Source: Bacillota bacterium (lineage in GTDB: Bacteria > Bacillota > Limnochordia > DTU087). From it: a stretch of 60,114 nucleotides of DNA. Below the pieces are notes generated by a model. It was not told the DNA's origin. It saw only the letters and a list, made by a program, of their open reading frames with translations, and made no database searches. This document shows positions 46,846-54,104 of the stretch, piece after piece. The stretch is taken from NCBI GenBank assembly GCA_012518905.1, contig JAAYRF010000008.1:1-60114 (forward strand). The letters run 5' to 3'. A program made the position numbers and the translations under genes. Positions within the stretch are counted from its first letter, which is position 1, and every line of letters starts with the position of its first letter.

Positions 46846-48053
46846 TGGCCGGCAACAGCAGCCTTGGCCGCCTGTACCATTTCAAACACTTGCTGAGCAT
46901 CTTTGTCACCCCGCCCGGAGAGATTGACTATAATCACATCCTCCGGTGAGAGACTCGGTGCCAACTTCACCGCTTGAGCCACGGCATGGGCGCTCTCCAA
47001 TGCAGGAATAATACCTTCCACCTGGGAAAGCAGCTTGAAAGCTTCTAGCGCTTCTTCATCGGTTACGGCTACATACTCCGCTCGCCCACTAGCTTTATAG
47101 AAGCTATGCTCCGGTCCCACACCGGGATAGTCCAGCCCAGCAGCGATGGAGTAGGTGGGTAAAGGTTCACCGATTGCATCTTGCATGACATAACACTTAA
47201 AACCATGCAAAAGACCGGGTTTTCCCAAATTGAGGGGAGCTGCATGCTTGCCTGTGGCCAAACCCTTGCCGGCAGGCTCAACTCCAATCATCCCAACGTC
47301 CTTGTCATCATAGAAGGGATGGAACAACCCGATGGCATTACTTCCACCGCCGACGCAGGCTATGACATAGGTGGGGAGCTTGCCTTCCTGCTCAAGAATT
47401 TGCTGCCGGGCCTCCTTGCCAATGACACTTTGAAAATGTCGCACAATCGCTGGGAAGGGATGAGGTCCTACGGCAGAGCCTAGCATGTAATAAGTATGTC
47501 CATAATTGGCCAGAAGGTCAGCAAAGGCTTCGTCCACAGCTTCTTTTAGAGTGCGATTGCCCGTGGTAACTGAGATAACTTTAGCACCCAAGAGCTCCAT
47601 ACGAAAGACGTTCAGTGCCTGACGACGGATATCCTCGGCACCCATATAGATGGTGCAATCCATCCCAAACAGAGCACATGCTGTAGCAGTAGCCACCCCA
47701 TGCTGCCCCGCACCAGTTTCTGCTATCACCCGCTTGATACCCATCCGTTTGGCCAAAAGTGCCTGACCGATGACATTGTTGATCTTGTGGGAGCCGGTAT
47801 GGTTGAGATCCTCCCGCTTAATGTAGATCTTAGCTCCACCTAACTCCTCTGATAACCTGGCGGCGTAATACAAGGGGCTGGGGCGACCAACATAATCCCT
47901 ATGATAGTACCTTAGCTCCTCGTTAAACTCCTCATCGTCCTTGTAGCGCAGAAAGGCATCTTCCAGATGATCAAGGACTGTTTGCAGCTCCGGTGTGACA
48001 AAACTTCCCCCGAACTGTCCGTAAAACCCTTTCTCCCCATCAGTCTTCATCAT
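46842..48053 (-). CDS. trpB: tryptophan synthase beta chain (TrpB1 type), stand-alone
   Basis: [15 protein letters not shown]-lysine motif [23 protein letters not shown] and [10 protein letters not shown]. No trpA or other trp genes are adjacent. Confidence 0.92.
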   Translation of the reverse strand: MMKTDGEKGFYGQFGGSFVTPELQTVLDHLEDAFLRYKDDEEFNEELRYYHRDYVGRPSPLYYAARLSEELGGAKIYIKREDLNHTGSHKINNVIGQALLAKRMGIKRVIAETGAGQHGVATATACALFGMDCTIYMGAEDIRRQALNVFRMELLGAKVISVTTGNRTLKEAVDEAFADLLANYGHTYYMLGSAVGPHPFPAIVRHFQSVIGKEARQQILEQEGKLPTYVIACVGGGSNAIGLFHPFYDDKDVGMIGVEPAGKGLATGKHAAPLNLGKPGLLHGFKCYVMQDAIGEPLPTYSIAAGLDYPGVGPEHSFYKASGRAEYVAVTDEEALEAFKLLSQVEGIIPALESAHAVAQAVKLAPSLSPEDVIIVNLSGRGDKDAQQVFEMVQAAKAAVAGQ

Positions 48054-48054
48054 G

Positions 48055-48116
48055 CTCCTCCTCAGCTAATCTAATCTCAGCTATACTCGGCTCAACTCAC
48101 GGGAACCTCTAGCCTC
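48055..48116 (-). promoter_or_regulatory. candidate TRAP (MtrB) binding site: 11 (G/U)AG triplets overlapping the trpB SD
   Basis: The minus strand reads GAG gc UAG (10 nt) GAG uu GAG cc GAG ua UAG cu GAG au UAG au UAG cu GAG gag GAG c AUG. Eight consecutive triplets have exact 2-nt spacers. The last triplets form the SD GAGGAGGAG. A TATAAT lies upstream (reverse complement of 48144-48149). Confidence 0.7.
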
Positions 48117-48228
48117 TCCGGCGCCGATACGCTGGTACATGAAATTATAGTTCGCCGATAATGCTGGACTTCCTGCCATATACTAGTTCCAGTTTTCTCA
48201 AAGAATAAGTCTTACTCCATGCTAAAGC

Positions 48229-48257
48229 TTGCTGAGAGATCACTTCCATGGTAAACT
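48229..48257 (+). promoter_or_regulatory. candidate marR-MATE promoter (TTGCTG - 17 - TAAACT)
   Basis: Read directly, 52 nt upstream of the marR GTG. Confidence 0.45.
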
Positions 48258-48277
48258 AGTTCGTGTGCGAACTGTTT
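48254..48277. promoter_or_regulatory. inverted repeat AACTAGTTCG-tgtg-CGAACTGTTT, candidate MarR operator
   Basis: The core AGTTCG/CGAACT arms are perfect, and 8 of 10 positions match when extended. It overlaps the -10. A second ACTAGTTC copy lies at 48182-48189. Confidence 0.5.
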
Positions 48278-48308
48278 TGTATGTCATTTCCAGGAAAGGA
48301 GTACACCC

Positions 48309-48776
48309 GTGACCCCCCCAACTAGGGAAGAACTAGATCAAGCCAAACACTTGCTGCATAGGACTAACCGAGGGCTCACGTGCCGAATGAGGGAGATTCT
48401 CCAAGATAGTGGGCTCACTTTTCCCCAGGCTCTAGTGCTCAAGACGATTAAGCGGAGCGACAGCCCTCCCTCACTAGCAGAAGTGGCTAATAAGGTGCAC
48501 TTGGCACCCAGTACGGTAACGGATATTATCCAAAGGCTAGAGCGCAACAAGCTACTCACTAAGGAAAAAGACCCCACCGATGCCCGGGCCTTCCGCTTGC
48601 GCATAACTGAAGAGGCCCGCAAACTAGTTGGGATAGCTGAGGCAAAGTACGACTCCTTTGTCCTGCACTGCATAGCCAGCTTTGATGCCGATGAACTCCG
48701 ATTATTCATGGCACTATTAGAGAAGTTTAGTCGGGCCCTACAAGAACCCATGACCGGTGAGGCGTCACATCACTAG
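48309..48776 (+). CDS. MarR family transcriptional regulator
   Basis: 155 aa with a winged-helix region (LTFPQALVLKTIKRSD...LAEVANKVHLAPSTVTDIIQRLERNKLL). GTG start after an AGGAAAGGAG SD. Confidence 0.88.
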   Translation: MTPPTREELDQAKHLLHRTNRGLTCRMREILQDSGLTFPQALVLKTIKRSDSPPSLAEVANKVHLAPSTVTDIIQRLERNKLLTKEKDPTDARAFRLRITEEARKLVGIAEAKYDSFVLHCIASFDADELRLFMALLEKFSRALQEPMTGEASHH

Positions 48777-48817
48777 GTACATCTTTAGTTTTCTTTCTTC
48801 TAGAGAGGAGTCTTGCA

Positions 48818-50206
48818 TTGCAGCGTACACAGATTACTGACTTCACCGAAGGTAGTATTCCCAAACATCTGGTAATGTTCTCGATACCCATGTTGTTGGG
48901 CAATCTCTTGCAAGCCTTATATAACACTGTAGATAGCATTTGGGTAGGGCGCTTTCTTGGTCCCCACGCCTTGGCCGCTGTATCAGTTGGCTTTCCTGTC
49001 ATTTTCGCTCTTATAGCCCTAGTCAACGGGGTGACCATGGCCACAACCATTCTGGTATCCCAATATTTCGGAGCACGTCAACAGGAGCGATTAGTTAAGA
49101 CGGTGACTAACTCCTTAATCCTACTCGTCGCTCTAGGGTTGATTATCTCTGTTATTGGAGTTGTTTTCCGCCGTCCCCTCTTGGAGTTGATCAATACCCC
49201 GCCGGAAATCATCGATATGGCATCAGAATATCTGGCCATCTACATGGCAGGACTTGTGGGCATGTTCTTATATAACGTAGCTAGTGCCATACTGCGTGGC
49301 CTGGGAGACTCTCGTACTCCCTTGCGGTTCCTAGCTTATGCTACATTCCTGAACATCGTCCTGGATCCGCTCTTGATCTTCGGCCTAGGACCAATTCCCC
49401 CCATGGGGGTTGCCGGTGTGGCTTTGGCTACAGTCATTGCCCAAGGCATGTCCGCTGTTATATCTTTAAGGTATCTTTATTTGAAATCGGGGCTTCTACA
49501 CTATGAGCCCGGCATGTTTCGCCTGGATTGGGAGTTGACATCCTTGACCTTTCGAGTGGGGCTTCCCGCTGGCATCCAGCAGGTGCTGGTTTCCCTAAGT
49601 AGTGTAGTGGTGAACTCCATCGTCAATAGCTTTGGCGCTACTGTTATTGCGGGGTTCGGCGCTGCCTCCCGCCTGGACCAGTTCGCCTTTATGCCATCCA
49701 TGACAATGGGTATGGCGGTCTCAGCCCTGGTGGGCCAAAATCTAGGAGCGGGTAAGTCAGAGAGGGTCTCCGAGACTGTCAGATGGAGCGCCATCCTCTC
49801 TAGCAGCATCACCGCCATAGTTTCTGCCATCGCCATTTTGCGACCGGATATTCTCATGGTGCTTTTTACCAAAGATGAGGCAGTACTGGCACAAGGAGCA
49901 TTATATCTTCGATATGTATCCCTATCGTATATTCCCATGGCTTTGATGTTCACCATTGGCGGTGTGATGCGGGGTGCCGGTGACACTGTAGCCACAATGC
50001 TCTTGACCCTTGTGTCTTTGTGGCTCTTCAGGGTGCCTTTGGCCAAGTACCTTTCTTCCATACCGGAGCTGGGCGTTGGAGGCGTATGGCTAGGCATCGC
50101 TATGGGTTCGGTGGCTGGTTTTCTACTCAACTTCGGCTACTACAAGACGGGGCGCTGGAAAAGGCGGGTGCTTGTGCAAAGAACCGTGGATGCAGAAAGC
50201 AACTGA
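48818..50206 (+). CDS. MATE family efflux transporter
   Basis: 462 aa with 12 TM segments. The N-terminal ITDFTEGSIPKHLVMFSIPMLLGNLLQALYNTVDSIWVGRFLG is typical of MATE/NorM. TTG start 7 nt after GAGAGGAG. Confidence 0.9.
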   Translation: MQRTQITDFTEGSIPKHLVMFSIPMLLGNLLQALYNTVDSIWVGRFLGPHALAAVSVGFPVIFALIALVNGVTMATTILVSQYFGARQQERLVKTVTNSLILLVALGLIISVIGVVFRRPLLELINTPPEIIDMASEYLAIYMAGLVGMFLYNVASAILRGLGDSRTPLRFLAYATFLNIVLDPLLIFGLGPIPPMGVAGVALATVIAQGMSAVISLRYLYLKSGLLHYEPGMFRLDWELTSLTFRVGLPAGIQQVLVSLSSVVVNSIVNSFGATVIAGFGAASRLDQFAFMPSMTMGMAVSALVGQNLGAGKSERVSETVRWSAILSSSITAIVSAIAILRPDILMVLFTKDEAVLAQGALYLRYVSLSYIPMALMFTIGGVMRGAGDTVATMLLTLVSLWLFRVPLAKYLSSIPELGVGGVWLGIAMGSVAGFLLNFGYYKTGRWKRRVLVQRTVDAESN

Positions 50207-50255
50207 TCTTGATGAGCCAAAACGGGGATCCGGCCCGCATGTCTGGATATCCCAA

Positions 50256-50283
50256 GGGGGCAGTGGTCCGACCACTAACCCCC
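50256..50283. terminator. terminator-like hairpin between the convergent MATE and PHP-phosphatase genes
   Basis: GGGGGcAGTGGT-ccg-ACCACTaaCCCCC. There is no clear U-tract on either strand. Confidence 0.35.
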
Positions 50284-50323
50284 ACCTCCAATACTCCAAT
50301 CGCCTATCGAGGTGGTCTGTCGT

Positions 50324-51169
50324 CTATCGGCCTACTGCCACCTTGGTGGTCTTGCGGCCTAGTGGAACCATCCTCCGCTCTCGCTTTTCAAAAACAGCCA
50401 CTTCATGAATGCCATGGTGGTGCAACTCCCTTATTATTTCTGGATAGTTGCGCCCGATCTGGTCAACGGCATGGGCATCTGACCCCAATGTAATGGGTAC
50501 GCCGTAATCTGCAAGCAGGCTGATATATTTCTGGTAGACCTCCCGAGAACCGAAACCCTCGAAATTGAAAGCACGGGTATTGATCTCCAAGCACATATCC
50601 TGGGCCCGGGCTGCAGCTACTACTTCTGCCAGGGCTTCTTCCACTGCCAGCTCTTCAGAACCGCCCTCAGGCCAAGGTACCGCTTGCCAAACCAAGTGTA
50701 TATGCGCTAGGGAATCGAACAAGCCGCTTTCCACAGCCTGCCGAGCATATTCAAAGTACTCCAGGAGTAAAGTGACCGGTGCTTCCTCAATCAAGGTGAT
50801 GTATTGCATATCATGGGAGGGCATAAAGTGGACGGTACCTAGAGCAAAATCTAGGGGCAATCCTGTCAAAAACTCACCAACCGCCTCATCATAGCCGGGA
50901 AAGTAGTCTACCTCTAGTCCCCGTCTAACCCTGATCGGCGTTTTCTTCGCAGCTTCAGCTACATCGGTAAGGTAGCCTTCCAGCTCATGATCCCGCATCC
51001 ATTTATATGGGATCGTCTCCTGGACTTTTTCTGGTAGAAATGGCCGGGGACTATGCTCGGCAAAGCAGACCTCCTCCATTTCTAATGCCTTGGCCCTAGC
51101 CAAATACGCCTCTATTGAGCCAACTGCATGGCGGGAGTAAACTGTATGAAGATGATAATCTACCAGCAC
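50324..51169 (-). CDS. histidinol-phosphatase HisJ family (PHP domain) protein
   Basis: LVDYHLHT at the N-terminus, then further His/Asp PHP motifs (FAEHSP, TVHF, LAHIH, GSDAH). GTG start 7 nt after GAGGAGG. Confidence 0.85.
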   Translation of the reverse strand: MLVDYHLHTVYSRHAVGSIEAYLARAKALEMEEVCFAEHSPRPFLPEKVQETIPYKWMRDHELEGYLTDVAEAAKKTPIRVRRGLEVDYFPGYDEAVGEFLTGLPLDFALGTVHFMPSHDMQYITLIEEAPVTLLLEYFEYARQAVESGLFDSLAHIHLVWQAVPWPEGGSEELAVEEALAEVVAAARAQDMCLEINTRAFNFEGFGSREVYQKYISLLADYGVPITLGSDAHAVDQIGRNYPEIIRELHHHGIHEVAVFEKRERRMVPLGRKTTKVAVGR

Positions 51170-51218
51170 AACCGGTCCTCCTCAAGGGTTCTTTACCATT
51201 GGCATCTAGCCTGTTACC

Positions 51219-51238
51219 GGGCTTGCTGATGCAAGCCC
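51219..51238. other. perfect 8-bp hairpin GGGCTTGC-tgat-GCAAGCCC in the PHP-phosphatase upstream region
   Basis: Read directly. The motif CAAGCCC recurs 8 nt further on. Confidence 0.5.
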
Positions 51239-51324
51239 TGTCACAAGCCCTTTATAGGGTACCATAACGGTGTAAACATTTCATGACGACCGACATACAC
51301 GGCCTTGATCTCCAGATAATCGTA

Positions 51325-51353
51325 TTGACAACGCCTAAGCCCATTTATATAAT
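51325..51353 (+). promoter_or_regulatory. consensus sigma-A promoter (TTGACA - 17 - TATAAT) of the arsR/cadC-cadA operon
   Basis: Both hexamers are perfect and the spacer is 17 nt. Confidence 0.8.
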
Positions 51354-51377
51354 ACAATTAAACGATTGCTTAATTGT
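51354..51377. promoter_or_regulatory. inverted repeat ACAATTAA-N8-TTAATTGT, candidate ArsR/SmtB operator
   Basis: Perfect 8-bp arms start immediately after the -10 and cover the expected transcription start. Confidence 0.65.
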
Positions 51378-51400
51378 TGAAATGAGTTGGGGGTGACATC

Positions 51401-51763
51401 GTGACAGACTGCAATTTTTCTCGGGACATCTGTGACCAGTACTGTCCCAACTGCAAGGAAAAAGACAGGTTGCGGGAGAAGGTCCTGGAGGTCGCAGGGC
51501 TCTCAGAACTTTTCAAGGTCCTCGCTGATGAGACTAGAACTAAGATCATTTATCTCTTGTCAGAGCAAGAACTCTGTGTATGTGATCTGGCAGAGCTCTT
51601 GGACATGAGCATGCCAGCCATTTCCCATCATTTAAGACTTCTAAGGGCCATGCGCCTGGTTAGATATCGCCGGGAAGGCAAGCAAGTCTATTATACCTTA
51701 GATGATGACCACATTGTTAATCTGATCCAGCAAGCCCAAGCACACTATGCTGAAGAAAGGTAG
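51401..51763 (+). CDS. ArsR/SmtB family metalloregulator, CadC-like
   Basis: An ELCVCDL alpha-3 metal site, four N-terminal Cys residues (C4, C11, C15, C18) and an HHLRLLR recognition helix. Confidence 0.9.
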   Translation: MTDCNFSRDICDQYCPNCKEKDRLREKVLEVAGLSELFKVLADETRTKIIYLLSEQELCVCDLAELLDMSMPAISHHLRLLRAMRLVRYRREGKQVYYTLDDDHIVNLIQQAQAHYAEER

Positions 51764-51770
51764 TGAGACC

Positions 51771-53984
51771 ATGCCAGATGCAATCAATGCCCATGGGGCG
51801 CCCAAGACATACCCCTTGCGTCATTTGGACTGTGCCAACTGTGCTGCTAAGATCGAAGCTCGTCTGCAAAAGGAACTAGACTCCAATGCTACTATTAGCT
51901 TCGCCACCGGGACGCTTAGTATAGACCCAACCAAGGTGGAGGCCGCCCAGAGAGTTATCGATGCCATTGAACCCGGTGTTGTAATAGAGCTGTCCAACAG
52001 ACCCCAAGAGACTGCTTCAGCAGCTGGACTAGGATCTGGCAGTATCCATAGCCATCAGCACTCGGTTAAGCTTTGGCCCTTAGCCATTGCCGGTCTGCTA
52101 TTTGTTTCGGGACTCATTTTTAAATCAGAGTTGACCAACATGGCCGGGGGCTGGGCTGAGTATATTGTTTTCGTTACCGCCTATTTGCTGGTAGGCAACG
52201 GTGTCCTCAGAGCTGCCATGCGCAATGCTCTGCAGGGCCAATTTTTCGATGAAAACTTTTTGATGACTATTGCCACCCTAGGAGCCTTCGCCATCGGCAA
52301 TCTGCCCGAGGCTGTCGGTGTAATGCTCTTCTACTATGTTGGTGAATTGCTACAAGACATCGCAGTATCCCGTTCCCGAGGTTCTATCCAGGCACTCCTA
52401 GACATCAGGCCTGACACTGCCAATCTCAAGACAGCCACCGGCATCACAGAAGTCAGTCCAAACCAGGTCAGTATCGGAGACGTCATCCTAGTTCGGCCGG
52501 GAGAGAGAATCCCCCTCGACGGAGAAGTCACCGATGGAGAGTCATTCGTCGATACATCGGCTCTTACCGGTGAGTCAGTGCCCCAGCGGGTTGTCCCCGG
52601 TAAAGCAGTACTGGCCGGTATGGTTAATAACTCAGGTCTGCTCCAAATTAGGGTCACCAAGACCTATAGTGAAACTTCTTTGGCGAGAATCCTGGAACTG
52701 GTGGAACACGCCGCTAATCGCAAGGCTCCCACAGAGCAATTTATTACCAAGTTCGCCCGCTATTACACTCCATCAGTTGTAATTGGTGCTGCTTTAGTGG
52801 CCTTTCTGCCACCCCTTTTCATACCAGGGGCTGCCTTGCGGGATTGGGTCCATCGGGCATTAGTACTCTTAGTGATCTCCTGCCCCTGTGCCCTTGTCAT
52901 ATCTATACCCCTGGGATATTTCGGCGGTATTGGCGGTGCATCCCGTCGGGGAATCCTAGTAAAGGGTGCTAACTATCTGGAGGCACTGGCCGATATAGAC
53001 ACCGTCGTTTTCGATAAGACCGGTACACTAACAGAAGGCATCTTCGAGGTTCAGGACATCATACCTGCTCCGGGGTTCACCCCAGAGACAGTACTTCACC
53101 TAGCGGCCCAGGCAGAGGTTCACTCTGCCCATCCTATTGCCCTTTCCATCCTTCAAGCTAGCTCCATACAAAATGGGTTAGCCCAAGAGGGGCAATTCCA
53201 GGAAATCGCCGGCAAGGGCGTCCGGGCCAAGGTAGGTGACGCTGATATTCTAGTGGGCAATGTGAGCCTTCTGCAAAGCCAGGATATCACCTTCACACCA
53301 CCGGCAGATTACGGCATCACCATGGTACACGTGGCCTACAATAACGAATATGCAGGTAGTATCGCCATCGCTGATAGGATCAAGCCCGGTGCCGCCGCTA
53401 CACTTCATGATCTTTGGCATCTAGGTGTAGAGAAGACCGTCATGCTGACCGGTGACGCTTCTGCCACTGCCCACCGGGTAGGCGGGGATCTAGCCATAGA
53501 TGCCATCCATGCTGAGCTTCTACCCGATGAAAAGGTGGCTCACGTTGAGGCTCTCCTGGAAGAGAAGAGACAGGGCAAAGGTAAGCTAGCCTTCGTCGGC
53601 GACGGAATCAATGATGCCCCGGTCCTCACCCGGGCCGATGTAGGCATCGCCATGGGCGGCCTAGGGTCTGATGCCGCCATTGAGGCTGCCGATGTTGTGA
53701 TCATGGAGGACCGGCTGGATAAAGTATCCGAAGCCATTACCATCGCCCGCTATACACGTCGTATCATAATCGAAAATATTCTGTTAGCCTTTGCCGTCAA
53801 AGCCCTCTTCATCGGCCTGGGCGTCTTGGGAGTTGCTACTCTTTGGGAGGCAGTCTTTGCCGATGTGGGAGTAGCATTACTGGCTGTTTTCAACTCCACC
53901 CGGGCTCTGCGCTTTCAGCTGGCGCCCAAACCCATTTGCACCTGCCCAACCAGGCCATATCCCCAACAAGCAAAGGTTTTCTAA
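51771..53984 (+). CDS. heavy-metal (Cd/Zn/Co-type) translocating P1B-type ATPase
   Basis: An HMA-like N-domain (LDCANCAAKIE), TGES, CPC in TM6 (SCPCALVIS), DKTGTLT, an HP motif and GDGINDAP. The ATG at 51771 lies 7 nt after the arsR stop. The ORF-track ATG at 51747 has no SD. Confidence 0.93.
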   Translation: MPDAINAHGAPKTYPLRHLDCANCAAKIEARLQKELDSNATISFATGTLSIDPTKVEAAQRVIDAIEPGVVIELSNRPQETASAAGLGSGSIHSHQHSVKLWPLAIAGLLFVSGLIFKSELTNMAGGWAEYIVFVTAYLLVGNGVLRAAMRNALQGQFFDENFLMTIATLGAFAIGNLPEAVGVMLFYYVGELLQDIAVSRSRGSIQALLDIRPDTANLKTATGITEVSPNQVSIGDVILVRPGERIPLDGEVTDGESFVDTSALTGESVPQRVVPGKAVLAGMVNNSGLLQIRVTKTYSETSLARILELVEHAANRKAPTEQFITKFARYYTPSVVIGAALVAFLPPLFIPGAALRDWVHRALVLLVISCPCALVISIPLGYFGGIGGASRRGILVKGANYLEALADIDTVVFDKTGTLTEGIFEVQDIIPAPGFTPETVLHLAAQAEVHSAHPIALSILQASSIQNGLAQEGQFQEIAGKGVRAKVGDADILVGNVSLLQSQDITFTPPADYGITMVHVAYNNEYAGSIAIADRIKPGAAATLHDLWHLGVEKTVMLTGDASATAHRVGGDLAIDAIHAELLPDEKVAHVEALLEEKRQGKGKLAFVGDGINDAPVLTRADVGIAMGGLGSDAAIEAADVVIMEDRLDKVSEAITIARYTRRIIIENILLAFAVKALFIGLGVLGVATLWEAVFADVGVALLAVFNSTRALRFQLAPKPICTCPTRPYPQQAKVF

Positions 53985-53996
53985 CCTAAAGATAAT

Positions 53997-54035
53997 CGGC
54001 TCCGGGGCTTTAAACACCCCGGGGCTTCTTTCTCA
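53997..54035 (+). terminator. rho-independent terminator of the metal ATPase
   Basis: GGCTCCGGGG-ctttaaaca-CCCCGGGGCT followed by TCTTTCTC. Confidence 0.65.
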
Positions 54036-54104
54036 AATTGTACTCTCAAAGCCGTCAAGGCACCTTGGCACCCCATCACAGAAATCGATCCCACATGATC
54101 CAGG

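Noticed and set aside
48254-48277. GTTCG-N4-CGAAC in the marR operator, and CGAAC repeats at 43411-43430, considered as LexA boxes.
   Set aside because: The half-site orientation is inverted relative to the Cheo box (CGAAC-N4-GTTCG) in the first case. The second case is direct repeats rather than a palindrome.
48054-48308. Possible tryptophan T-box leader upstream of trpB. The plus strand contains GCTGGTAC, reminiscent of the T-box GGUGGUACC.
   Set aside because: It is on the wrong strand for trpB. The leader is only about 85 nt, and no specifier loop, AG-bulge, terminator/antiterminator pair or full T-box sequence is present. The (G/U)AG array explains the region better.
50020-50493. 157-aa plus-strand ORF bridging the end of the MATE gene and the PHP phosphatase gene.
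   Set aside because: It is out of frame within the MATE gene and antisense to the phosphatase. It has no SD.
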